From contig CALIFY010000012.1 of assembly GCA_938021675.1 (NCBI GenBank), forward strand, positions 19,697 through 83,696: a stretch of 64,000 nt of DNA. Reading direction: 5' to 3'. Below the pieces are notes generated by a model. The model saw only the letters and a list, made by a program, of their open reading frames with translations. It was not told the DNA's origin and did not search any database. Every line of letters starts with the position of its first letter. The first letter of the stretch is position 1. The DNA is from an uncultured Acidimicrobiales bacterium (GTDB lineage: Bacteria; Actinomycetota; Acidimicrobiia; Acidimicrobiales; SZUA-35). Of this stretch, positions 37,503 to 47,074 are shown one piece after another. The translations under genes were made by a program, and so were the position numbers.

Positions 37503-40057
37503 CGGCCACCGAAAATCAGGGAACCGAAGCGGTGACCGGTGTGCCATTCAATTTGAATGGCCGAGCCGTGCACGCCACCGACGGCGAGCTGCTCATCGAG
37601 GCATGCGAGCGCAACGGTGTCCATATCCCGAGGTTCTGCTACCACAACCGAATGAAGCCGGTCGGCATGTGTCGGATGTGTCTGGTCGAGGTCGATACCG
37701 GTCGCGGTCCGGCGCTCCAGCCGAGCTGCATGTTGCCGGTCACCCCCGACATGCAGGTCGAGACCGAATCCGAGGTCACCAAGCAGGCGCAAGACGGCGT
37801 GCTTGAGTTCTTGCTGACCAACCACCCGCTCGACTGTCCGGTGTGCGACAAGGGCGGTGAGTGCCCGCTGCAGGACAACGCCTATGCCTTCGGACCTGGC
37901 GAGAGCCGGTTCATAGAAGAGAAGCGGCACTACGAGAAGCCGATTCCGATCAGCGACCTGGTGCATCTCGATCGCGAACGCTGCATTCTCTGCGATCGCT
38001 GTACCCGCTTTGCCTCTGAAGTCGCCGGTGATCCGCTGATTCATTTCATCGACCGCGGATCGCAGACCCAGGTCAATACCTTCCCCGACCATCCGTTTTC
38101 CTCGTACTTCAGTGGGAACACGGTCCAGATCTGTCCAGTGGGAGCGCTGACCGCGGCCCCATACCGGTTCAAAGCTCGCCCCTGGGATCTCGAAGCCATC
38201 GAGTCGACGTCGACCGTCGACGCCACGGGCGCTCGGGTGGTACTCCAGTCCTCCCAAGATGAACTGGTCCGGATCCTCGGACTCGACTCCGATGCGGTCA
38301 ACTGGAGTTGGCTCTCGGACAAGGACCGCTTCATCCACGAAGCGAACAGGTCCGAGAATCGGGTCACCGAACCCTTGGCCCGTGTCGATGACGGGCTCCA
38401 GGCGACAAGATGGGGCGACGCAACGGCCAAGGTGGCTACCGCCTTACAAGCCGACGCCAGTCGCATCGCCGTGATCGGCGGCGCGCGGTTGTCACTAGAG
38501 AGCCAGTACGCCTGGGCCAAGTTGGCCAAGGGGGTCATCGGAACCGACAACGTCGACACCCAATTGGCCGATGGACTACCAGCGGCCCTCGCCCTTGGGC
38601 TTCCCCGTGCGACGATCGATGAGGTCTGCGCTCCGGGCGGTGTCATCGTCCTCCTCGGCCCCGATCCAAAAGAAGAGCTTCCATCGTTGTCGCTCCGAAT
38701 CCGTCACGCAGTGATCGAAGACGGCGCCACCTTGATCGAGATCACCCCCCGGGCTACCAGTCTGTCCGATCTGGCATCGGTGCGTTTGCGGGCCACCCCC
38801 GGCATCGTCGGTCAGGTGTTGGTGGCCATCGCCAACGATCAGCTGTCTGCCGACGTCGGTGGAGTGGCGGCATCAGATCTGCAGGCGGCGGCGACGTTGC
38901 TTCGCGGCGAGCGTCCGCTCTCGGTTGTGTTCGGTCGAGCCAATCTGGCCGAGTCGGCCCGGTATACCGCAGATGCGATCGGTGCGATCCGATCGATCGC
39001 ACCAGACGCCTCCTATTTACCGGCGCTGCGTCGAGGCAACGTGAACGGTGCCCTCGAGATGGGGCTGACCCCCGGCTTCTTACCCGGTGGCGTTCGTAAC
39101 AGCGCCGAGGTTGGGGTCGAGCACTGGCCGACGACTCCCGAATTTCAGGGTGCGGACACCGAGGGCATTCTCCGAGCTGCTGCTGACGGCAATATCGATA
39201 CCTTGATACTCCTCGGCGCCGATCCGCTTGGTGACGTCCCCGACGCGGTGTTGTCGGCATCGGCGATCGAGAACGTCTCAACGGTCATCGCCGTCGATTC
39301 GTTCTTGACCGATTCGTCTTCAAAGGCCGATGTCGTGCTTCCGGCCGCCATGTTCGGCGAGGCCGATGGAGCGTTCCTAAACGTTGAAGGGCGTCTCAGC
39401 CCGCTATCGGCAAAGGTGACCTCTCCCGGTCTGGCCCGACCCGACTGGATGATCGCGGCCGAAGTGTCGCTGGCTATGGGAGACGATCTCGGCTTCGGCA
39501 CGCTCGATGAGCTGCGTCAGGAGATGAGCGCAGCCGTCGCCAGCCTGGCAGACGTCGACTGGCCGGGATTGTCCTCGGCCGACGACGGCCCGGTGCTCCG
39601 CCCCCATCGGAACTGGGATTTGGAATTTGGCAAACCGGCCGATGCGCCACCGGAACCAAAGTCTGGTCTGCGGCTGCTGGTCGACCGCAAACTATGGGAT
39701 GCCGGCACGATGACCGCCGAGTCACCATCGCTGGTCGGCTTGGCCGAACCGGCCGTGTTGCGGCTCTCACCATCCGACGCCGTCGGCTTGAATCTTGTCG
39801 ACGCGTCGCACGTCACCGTCGAACAGGGAGATGAATCGTACGATCTGCCGTTCGTCGTCGACGAGTCGGTTGCGCCCCGCACCGCTTGGCTGCCCATTCG
39901 TCTCCCCGGCTTCGATGCGCGAAAACTTCTTTCTTCCGGAGGGTCGGTGAACAGTATTCAGGCTCGGATCGCTGATGGTCTTACCGACGATGACGCTGGA
40001 GACGGTGGCGAACCCACGGCTGAATCTGAAGACACGTCGGACGGAGGGCGGCAGTGA
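37499..40057 (+). CDS. nuoG: NADH-quinone oxidoreductase subunit G
   Basis: IPRFCYH, CRMCLVE, HPLDCPVCDKGGECPLQD, CILCDRC, ICPVGAL; ATGA overlap with nuoF. Confidence 0.95.
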   Translation: MTATENQGTEAVTGVPFNLNGRAVHATDGELLIEACERNGVHIPRFCYHNRMKPVGMCRMCLVEVDTGRGPALQPSCMLPVTPDMQVETESEVTKQAQDGVLEFLLTNHPLDCPVCDKGGECPLQDNAYAFGPGESRFIEEKRHYEKPIPISDLVHLDRERCILCDRCTRFASEVAGDPLIHFIDRGSQTQVNTFPDHPFSSYFSGNTVQICPVGALTAAPYRFKARPWDLEAIESTSTVDATGARVVLQSSQDELVRILGLDSDAVNWSWLSDKDRFIHEANRSENRVTEPLARVDDGLQATRWGDATAKVATALQADASRIAVIGGARLSLESQYAWAKLAKGVIGTDNVDTQLADGLPAALALGLPRATIDEVCAPGGVIVLLGPDPKEELPSLSLRIRHAVIEDGATLIEITPRATSLSDLASVRLRATPGIVGQVLVAIANDQLSADVGGVAASDLQAAATLLRGERPLSVVFGRANLAESARYTADAIGAIRSIAPDASYLPALRRGNVNGALEMGLTPGFLPGGVRNSAEVGVEHWPTTPEFQGADTEGILRAAADGNIDTLILLGADPLGDVPDAVLSASAIENVSTVIAVDSFLTDSSSKADVVLPAAMFGEADGAFLNVEGRLSPLSAKVTSPGLARPDWMIAAEVSLAMGDDLGFGTLDELRQEMSAAVASLADVDWPGLSSADDGPVLRPHRNWDLEFGKPADAPPEPKSGLRLLVDRKLWDAGTMTAESPSLVGLAEPAVLRLSPSDAVGLNLVDASHVTVEQGDESYDLPFVVDESVAPRTAWLPIRLPGFDARKLLSSGGSVNSIQARIADGLTDDDAGDGGEPTAESEDTSDGGRQ

Positions 40058-41373
40058 CGCTCGCCGTTGGAGACCCGTATCTGGCTGACGGCACCGTCGA
40101 TTTTGGTGACGTACTTCTCGCTGCCGGCAAGGCCGTCGTTGCCTTTGCTGTACTGCTCGTCGCCGTCATGCTCATGGTGTGGTTTGAGCGGAAGGTCGTC
40201 GGCCGCCTTCAGAATCGTCTTGGTCCGACTGTCGCTGGTCCCTTTGGATTGTTCCAAACACTGGCCGACGGCATCAAGTTGTTCTTCAAAGAGGACATCA
40301 TCCCGTCGCGGGCTGACCGATTCGTCTTCCAACTTGCACCGTACCTCTCGTTGGTGCCGGCCTTCCTCACCTTCACCATCATTCCCATCGCCGGAGACTT
40401 CAATGGCGAGAACGATGGTCGGGTCACGATGTTCGGTCGGGAGACGTTTCTTCAAGTAGCGGACCTGCCGGTCGGGATCTTGTTCTTCTTGGCGATGAGT
40501 TCGTTGGCGGTGTACGGGATCATGTTGGCCGGTTGGTCATCTGGATCGAAGTACCCGCTGCTCGGTTCGATTCGGGCGTCGGCCCAAGCCATCTCCTACG
40601 AGGCTGCCCTTGGCCTCTCGTTGGCGTCGGTCCTGCTGGTTTCCGGGTCGTTGAGCACGAACGAGATCGTCAACTCGCAAGCCGGCAGCGGGTTTGGTGG
40701 GTTCGTCCCCAATTGGAATCTCATCGTGACCGGATTCGTGCCCTTCGTCGTGTTTCTGATCGCAGGAACGGCCGAGTTGAACCGCCCCCCGTTTGATCTC
40801 GTGGAAGCTGAGCAGGAAATCGTCGGTGGCTACCACACCGAATACAGCTCCATTCGATTCGCCATGTTCTTTCTGGCCGAATTCATGAACACCGTGACGA
40901 TGGCGGCAATCATCGTCACCCTCTTCTTTGGTGGCCCGGCCGGACCGACGTTCGGCTCGATCATCCCTGGTTGGTTGTGGGGATTCATCTGGTTCTTCTC
41001 CAAACTGCTGGTCTTTCTCTTCACGTTCGTGTGGTTCCGAGCCACCCTGCCTCGGTTGCGTTATGACCAGCTCATGGATCTCGGTTGGAAGTTGCTTATA
41101 CCGCTTTCCCTGGGTTGGCTCCTCCTCCTTGCTGCCATCCGGCTGGTCCGGAACGGTCGCATAGATTTGCTCGACGACGGCGGCTTGGTGGCCGAAACGG
41201 CGCTGGTTATCTCGGTGTCCGTGGGGATTTTGCTACTCGGTGCCTTCTTGTTGTCCATGGCCGCTACTGCGGCCCGGACCGAACGGTTGGCTTCTCGTGG
41301 ACTTACCGCTGTTGCGGTAAGCGATCCTGTCGTGGCCTCTTCCAGTCGGGCTGACGGGAAGGAAGTGGAATAG
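40054..41373 (+). CDS. nuoH: NADH-quinone oxidoreductase subunit H
   Basis: ERKVVGRLQNRLGP, ADGIKLFFKE, AELNRPPFDLVEAEQE, PRLRYDQLM. Confidence 0.96.
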   Translation: MTLAVGDPYLADGTVDFGDVLLAAGKAVVAFAVLLVAVMLMVWFERKVVGRLQNRLGPTVAGPFGLFQTLADGIKLFFKEDIIPSRADRFVFQLAPYLSLVPAFLTFTIIPIAGDFNGENDGRVTMFGRETFLQVADLPVGILFFLAMSSLAVYGIMLAGWSSGSKYPLLGSIRASAQAISYEAALGLSLASVLLVSGSLSTNEIVNSQAGSGFGGFVPNWNLIVTGFVPFVVFLIAGTAELNRPPFDLVEAEQEIVGGYHTEYSSIRFAMFFLAEFMNTVTMAAIIVTLFFGGPAGPTFGSIIPGWLWGFIWFFSKLLVFLFTFVWFRATLPRLRYDQLMDLGWKLLIPLSLGWLLLLAAIRLVRNGRIDLLDDGGLVAETALVISVSVGILLLGAFLLSMAATAARTERLASRGLTAVAVSDPVVASSSRADGKEVE

Positions 41374-42023
41374 TGGGATACTTAGAGGGTTTCGCTGTCA
41401 CCCTACGCAAAGTGGCAGAAGGGGTCACCACTCGCAGTTATCGCGGCGGCAAAGGCGGCAAAAGCGATATCAAGGCGCCAAAGCCAGAACGGCTACACGG
41501 TCGTCACGTCCTGAATCGCTATGAGGACGGCATGGAGAAGTGCATCGGATGTGAGTTGTGTGCCGGTGTATGCCCAGCCAACTGCATCTACGTGCGAGGG
41601 GCCGAGAATCCGCCGGAGGATCCGCAATCGCCCGGTGAACGATTCGGCTATGTGTACGAGATTAACTACCTTCGATGCATTCATTGTGATCTTTGCGTCG
41701 AGGCTTGCCCAACCGAAGCCATCACCGAAACGAAGCTATTCGAATTCTCGTTCACCAACCGGGACGACGCTGTCTATACCAAAGATGAACTACTCGTTGA
41801 CGACGATGGTCTTCCCCAACAACTTCCTTGGGAAGATTGGCGACCCGGCGAGGATGAGCACACTTCGGGGTGGATGCGGGCCACATCGCCTTCCGGTAAG
41901 GCCGCATATGAAGGTGTTGTCGGCTGGTCCGGTGAACTCGGATACGGCGTCCGAAACCCAGAGGAAGGTCAGAGCGTAGAGCTCGGAACCGACCAGCCCG
42001 GGGAGGAATCGGCCGATGGTTGA
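41373..42023 (+). CDS. nuoI: NADH-quinone oxidoreductase subunit I
   Basis: CIGCELCAGVCP and CIHCDLCVEACP. Confidence 0.96.
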   Translation: MGYLEGFAVTLRKVAEGVTTRSYRGGKGGKSDIKAPKPERLHGRHVLNRYEDGMEKCIGCELCAGVCPANCIYVRGAENPPEDPQSPGERFGYVYEINYLRCIHCDLCVEACPTEAITETKLFEFSFTNRDDAVYTKDELLVDDDGLPQQLPWEDWRPGEDEHTSGWMRATSPSGKAAYEGVVGWSGELGYGVRNPEEGQSVELGTDQPGEESADG

Positions 42024-42615
42024 CGCTGTCGTATTCGCCGTCTCGGCTGCCATCATTCTCGGCGGGGCGTTCGGCGTGATCCTGAGTAGCCATCCGGTGC
42101 GGGCCGCTCTGTCACTGATCGCGTCGTTCTTCGGCGTGGCGGTGCTGTTCGTATTGCAAGAAGCCCATTTCTTGGCTCTGGTTCAAGTGGTCGTATACGG
42201 CGGGGCAGTGGTGGTTCTGTTCTTGTTCGTGATCATGCTTCTCGGCGTCGACCGATCCGAAGACTTACGTTTCGAACCTCTGGCCGGTCAACGGGTGGCG
42301 GCCGGGTTGGTTGGGTTGATGGTGTTGGCGTTGATTCTCGGGGGCTTGTTCCTCTCAGGACCCGGCGGCGACGAAGGTGCGGTGGCCCTCAGCGGCCAGC
42401 CGACCCAGAACGGTACGTTGGAACTTGAGCCGAACAACCCCGATGCCGACGACGACGTCGATCGGTTGGCTGACGATCTGTTCACCCGTAACCTGCTGGC
42501 CTTTGAGGCCACGGCGTTATTGTTGACGATCGCCACGGTCGGCGCGGTGGTGTTGGTCCGAAACCGAGGTGCCGAAGACCTGGTGGTTGACGAACCAGGT
42601 TCGGCGACGCACTAG
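42016..42615 (+). CDS. nuoJ: NADH-quinone oxidoreductase subunit J
   Basis: QVVVYGGAVVVLFLFVIML; operon position. Confidence 0.94.
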   Translation: MVDAVVFAVSAAIILGGAFGVILSSHPVRAALSLIASFFGVAVLFVLQEAHFLALVQVVVYGGAVVVLFLFVIMLLGVDRSEDLRFEPLAGQRVAAGLVGLMVLALILGGLFLSGPGGDEGAVALSGQPTQNGTLELEPNNPDADDDVDRLADDLFTRNLLAFEATALLLTIATVGAVVLVRNRGAEDLVVDEPGSATH

Positions 42616-42667
42616 GTAGACGCGGAAAGCGACAGGAGAGGGCAATGGAGAGAGGAGCGCGCAGACA

Positions 42668-42973
42668 ATGGAAGTAACCGAGACGTGGTACCTCGTGCTC
42701 AGTGCACTGCTCTTCAGTATGGGCCTAGTCGGCCTACTGGTGCGGCGGAACCCACTGATCATGTTCATGTGCGTCGAGCTGATGCTCAACGCGGTCAATA
42801 TCACCTTCGTCGCCTTCGCTGGCGCCCTCGACGACATCGCCGGCCGGACCGCGGTGTTCTTCGTCCTGGTGGTTGCCGCGGCCGAAGTGGTCGTCGGGCT
42901 GTCGCTCGTGGTGGCATTGCTCCGCCGCCGTCCGTCCGTATCGGTCGACGATCTCACTGCATTGAAGGGCTGA
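42668..42973 (+). CDS. nuoK: NADH-quinone oxidoreductase subunit K
   Basis: RRNPLIMFMCVELMLNA, AAAEVVVGL. Confidence 0.96.
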   Translation: MEVTETWYLVLSALLFSMGLVGLLVRRNPLIMFMCVELMLNAVNITFVAFAGALDDIAGRTAVFFVLVVAAAEVVVGLSLVVALLRRRPSVSVDDLTALKG

Positions 42974-42977
42974 GTCC

Positions 42978-45356
42978 ATGATCGATCTCGCCTGGCTCAT
43001 CCCGGCGTTTCCTCTTGCCGGGTTTGCGCTACTGGTGCTCTTTGGCCGCCGCCTCGGCGAACCGGGCGCAGGATGGGTGGCAACGGTGGCCAGCGCCGCG
43101 TCGTTTGCCACCACGGTGGCGGTCTTCGCCGATCTCGTCGGTATGGAAGGCGAGGAGCGTTTCCGAGTTCAAACACTGTTCACTTGGATCGCCGCCGGCT
43201 CGTTCGAGGTGGACGCCGGGCTTCTGATCGACCCGCTGTCGATCACGATGGCATTGTTCATCACCGGGGTCGGCACACTCATTCATCTGTACTCGATCGG
43301 GTACATGCACGGAGACCCGAAGTTCTCCAAGTTCTTCATCTACCTCAACCTCTTCGTTGCGTCGATGTTGTTACTGATCCTCGGCGACAACCTGGCGCTT
43401 ACCTTCCTTGGTTGGGAAGGGGTCGGGGCCTGTTCGTACTTCCTTATCTCGTTCTGGTTCTCCGATGAGGCAAACGCATCGGCCGGCAAGAAAGCGTTCG
43501 TCACCAACCGGATCGGTGACTTCGGTTTCATGGTGGCGACGTTCGTGCTGTTTACCAGCCTCGGTTCGATCAACTACGACGACATTTTGACCAGGGCCGA
43601 CGAGCTCAGCACCCAGACCGCCACCATCGTCGTCGTATTGTTCATGCTGGCGGCCGCCGGCAAATCGGCTCAGCTTCCGTTGTATGTGTGGTTGCCCGAC
43701 GCCATGGCCGGTCCAACTCCGGTGTCTGCTCTCATCCACGCCGCAACGATGGTCACCTCCGGCGTCTTTCTTCTCACCCGGTTGAACCCGGTCCTGGCCG
43801 AGGCCGAGTTGTGGTCGCGTGGCTTGATCGCATGGATCGGGGCCTTGACCGCGTTGTTCGCTGCCACTATCGCCGTGGCCCAGACCGACATCAAAAAGGT
43901 GTTGGCATACTCCACGGTCTCCCAGCTCGGTTATCTGTTTCTAGCGGTCGGCGTCGGTGGTTTCGTGCCTGCCATCTTTCACATGGTGACCCATGCATTC
44001 TTTAAGGCGCTGCTGTTCCTCGGTTCTGGTTCGGTCATCCATGGGCTACACGATGAGCAGGACATGCGCCGGATGGGTGGGCTTCGTAGCCTCATGCCAG
44101 TCACGGCCTTCACGTTCATTATCGGCTGGTTGGCCATTGCCGGCGTTCCACCGTTCAGCGGGTTCTGGTCGAAGGATGAGATTCTGTTGTTCGCCTGGAA
44201 TGCCGATGGGATTGGCGGCAAAGGACTCTGGGCCGTGGGGCTGGTTACCGCCATGCTCACCGCGTTCTACATGACCCGCCAGGTGATCCTTACGTTCTTT
44301 GGACGAACCAGGTTCTTTGACCCGACAGCGGCAGAGATCGACGCTGCAGCGTCTGGCCGCGTCGGCGAAGTGGAAGCCGAGATGCTGGCCGTGACCGAGG
44401 CTCGGATGGCGGCCGTTGCCGCGTTGGAGAAGGCGGCGACCGATGTGGTGAAACGATCGGACGCCGTCAGCAAGGCAAAGACCGTGCTGGTTGAAGCGAC
44501 CGCGGCGGTCGGCGCATCTACCGACGGCGCCGAGGGGCACGACAAGCTGGTCAAGGCATTCGACCGGGCGGTAAAGGCAGTGAATAAGAGCGAAGCGGCC
44601 GTAGTCAAGGCGGAGAATGCCGCTGCGGCCGCCGAGGTCGAAGTCGACCAGCTGACGGCTCAGGTCACGGCGACCGAGGCCCGACTGTCGGATGTGACCG
44701 ATGAGGTCGGGCGAGCACCGAGACCGGCGGCCCACGTCACCGCAGTCACCGAAGCGACCGACGCCGGCCCGCTGGTCGAGTATCTCCCCGAGAGCTATCA
44801 CCGGCGACAAGATCAGCACCCTCATGAGTCGCCGGCCACGATGACCTTGCCATTGGTCGTGCTGGCGGTACTCGCCGCCGTCGCCGGCGGGCTCAACTTG
44901 CCGTTCACGAAAGACCTCCATTTTCTTGAGCATTGGCTCGAACCGTCGCTGTTCGGTAACGAGGCCAAGGTGGCGGCCACCGCAGGAACGAAATGGATTC
45001 TGGGCGTAGTCGCAGTGGCCGTCGGAGCTGTCGCCATCGTCGCAGCGTTCGGTGTGTACCTCCGAGGTCGTGCGGACCCGGCACAAATCGAGCGGCGGGT
45101 GCTGGCCGACGGCTGGTATGTAGACGAAAGCTATGCCGGGTTCATGGGGGGACCGGGGCGCCGACTGTTCGAAGGTCTCTCGTGGTTTGACCGCACCATC
45201 GTCGACGGCATCGTCGGCGGGGTTGCCCGCTCGGTGACCGTCGCCGGCCAGTCTTTGCGGGTCTTGCAGCCCGGATTCGTACGAAGCTATGCCCTCGGTA
45301 TCGGACTGGGATCGGTCTTGGTCATGGCGTGGTTCGTCGGGAGGCTCTTCCAATGA
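42978..45356 (+). CDS. nuoL: NADH-quinone oxidoreductase subunit L (with ~165-aa helical insertion)
   Basis: GWEGVG, KSAQLPLYVWLPDAMAGPTPVSALIHAATMV, KKVLAYSTVSQLG, HAFFKALLF. Confidence 0.96.
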   Translation: MIDLAWLIPAFPLAGFALLVLFGRRLGEPGAGWVATVASAASFATTVAVFADLVGMEGEERFRVQTLFTWIAAGSFEVDAGLLIDPLSITMALFITGVGTLIHLYSIGYMHGDPKFSKFFIYLNLFVASMLLLILGDNLALTFLGWEGVGACSYFLISFWFSDEANASAGKKAFVTNRIGDFGFMVATFVLFTSLGSINYDDILTRADELSTQTATIVVVLFMLAAAGKSAQLPLYVWLPDAMAGPTPVSALIHAATMVTSGVFLLTRLNPVLAEAELWSRGLIAWIGALTALFAATIAVAQTDIKKVLAYSTVSQLGYLFLAVGVGGFVPAIFHMVTHAFFKALLFLGSGSVIHGLHDEQDMRRMGGLRSLMPVTAFTFIIGWLAIAGVPPFSGFWSKDEILLFAWNADGIGGKGLWAVGLVTAMLTAFYMTRQVILTFFGRTRFFDPTAAEIDAAASGRVGEVEAEMLAVTEARMAAVAALEKAATDVVKRSDAVSKAKTVLVEATAAVGASTDGAEGHDKLVKAFDRAVKAVNKSEAAVVKAENAAAAAEVEVDQLTAQVTATEARLSDVTDEVGRAPRPAAHVTAVTEATDAGPLVEYLPESYHRRQDQHPHESPATMTLPLVVLAVLAAVAGGLNLPFTKDLHFLEHWLEPSLFGNEAKVAATAGTKWILGVVAVAVGAVAIVAAFGVYLRGRADPAQIERRVLADGWYVDESYAGFMGGPGRRLFEGLSWFDRTIVDGIVGGVARSVTVAGQSLRVLQPGFVRSYALGIGLGSVLVMAWFVGRLFQ

Positions 45357-47074
45357 GTACCACAACGGTGTTGGCCGCCGAGGCCGCAACCTTTCCTGTC
45401 CTTCCCGCTCTGATCGTGATCCCGGTGGTAACCGCGGTCATCATCGGGCTGTTGCCCGCCTCCCGGGCTGACTATTCCAAATTGGCGGCTCTGATCGGGT
45501 CGTCGATCGCCGGAATTCTCACGGTGTACGTCTTGTGGAATTTCGACGCCGCAGATGGTGGCCTCCAGTTCGTCAGCCAACAGAGCTGGGTCGGCGACCT
45601 CGGCTTGAGTTGGTTTCTCGCCGTCGACGGGATCTCGCTGTTCCTCGTGGTTCTGACCGGTTTGTTATTTCCTGTCGCCATCGTTACCACCGAGCCCCAC
45701 CACGACCCCAAACCGTATTACCTGTGGTTGATGTTGCTCATGGCTGGTTCGTTTGGTGCGTTCCTGGCCCTCGACCTACTCCTCTTCTTCTTGTTCTTCG
45801 AGATCGTGCTGGTCCCGATGTATTTCTTGATCGGTGGATGGGGGCACGGCAACCGCGTGTATGCGGCCATGAAGTTCTTCCTTTACACGATGGCGGCCTC
45901 GGCATTGATGCTGGTAGGCATCGTGGCGCTCGTCTTCCTGGCCCGAGACGACACCGGCGGTCCGACGTTCAATGTCGTCACGCTGGCGAGCCAGCATCGC
46001 CTTTCCAGCACCGCGGCACTGCTGGTGTTTGCGTCGTTCGCCTTGGCCTTCGCGGTCAAAGTCCCGGTCTTTCCGGTCCACACCTGGCTGCCGGATGCTC
46101 ACACCGAGGCCCCGACTGCCGGTTCGGTCATCTTGGCTGGCGTCATGCTGAAGCTCGGGACCTACGGCTTGATCCGATTCGGGCTGTTCTTGTTCCCGGC
46201 CACCGTTCGGGATTTGGCCCCGGTCTTTCTCACCCTCGGCGTGATCGGCATCGTGTATGGGGCGGCGGTCGCCACGATGCAGCGCGACTTGAAAAGGTTG
46301 GTCGCGTACTCTTCGGTCGCCCATATGGGGTTTGTGGTACTGGGGATTTTCGCCATCAACAGCCAGGGCCTGACCGGCTCGGTGGTACAGATGATCAATC
46401 ACGGCATCTCTACCGGCGCGTTGTTCATCTTGGTCGGATGGGTGTATGAGCGACGTCACACCCGTCAGATAGAAGCGCTTGGCGGCTTGCAATCGGCTGC
46501 GCCGGTCATGGCCGGAGTCTTCACCTTGGTCATGTTGTCGAGCATCGGGCTTCCCGGACTCAACGGCTTTGTCGGTGAGTTCCTCATCCTGCTCGGAACG
46601 TTCTCCGCCGCGCCATGGTGGGCGGTGGTGGCCGCGACCGGGGTGATTCTGGCCGCCCTCTATCTCCTGTGGGCCTACCAGCGAAGTTTCCATGGACCGG
46701 CCGAGGGTGACAACGCAACGATGGAAGACCTTCGGCTTACCGAACTGTTTGGCATCGCACCACTGTTGATCTTGATCGTGTTCCTCGGGGTGTATCCCAA
46801 ACCGATGATCGATCGGATCGAGCCAACGGTTGACGTGCTGATCGAGCATGTCGAGGATCGCGTGCCGGATTTTGCAGAGGATGAGCCCGACCGGTTGCGT
46901 CGAGCCGGCACCGACGGGTTGATCGATGCTGCCAACGAAGCTCACAGCGAGACCGAAGAGCACGGCGGAACCGAAGATCACGGCGAAACCGAAACCGAAG
47001 CCGAAGATCATGGCGAGACCGATGCCAGCAGCGAGACCGAGGCCGGCGGGACTGAAGCCGGAGAGGGAGAGTGA
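45353..47074 (+). CDS. nuoM: NADH-quinone oxidoreductase subunit M
   Basis: KVPVFPVHTWLPDAHTEAPT, LKLGTYG, AYSSVAHMG, GLPGLNGFVGE; ATG 45353 overlaps the nuoL stop. Confidence 0.96.
   Translation: MSTTTVLAAEAATFPVLPALIVIPVVTAVIIGLLPASRADYSKLAALIGSSIAGILTVYVLWNFDAADGGLQFVSQQSWVGDLGLSWFLAVDGISLFLVVLTGLLFPVAIVTTEPHHDPKPYYLWLMLLMAGSFGAFLALDLLLFFLFFEIVLVPMYFLIGGWGHGNRVYAAMKFFLYTMAASALMLVGIVALVFLARDDTGGPTFNVVTLASQHRLSSTAALLVFASFALAFAVKVPVFPVHTWLPDAHTEAPTAGSVILAGVMLKLGTYGLIRFGLFLFPATVRDLAPVFLTLGVIGIVYGAAVATMQRDLKRLVAYSSVAHMGFVVLGIFAINSQGLTGSVVQMINHGISTGALFILVGWVYERRHTRQIEALGGLQSAAPVMAGVFTLVMLSSIGLPGLNGFVGEFLILLGTFSAAPWWAVVAATGVILAALYLLWAYQRSFHGPAEGDNATMEDLRLTELFGIAPLLILIVFLGVYPKPMIDRIEPTVDVLIEHVEDRVPDFAEDEPDRLRRAGTDGLIDAANEAHSETEEHGGTEDHGETETEAEDHGETDASSETEAGGTEAGEGE

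Noticed and set aside
42978-47074. NuoL insertion as the signature of a 2M-type complex I
   Set aside because: Only one nuoM per operon, and the insertion lies before PHES rather than in the C-terminal lateral helix.
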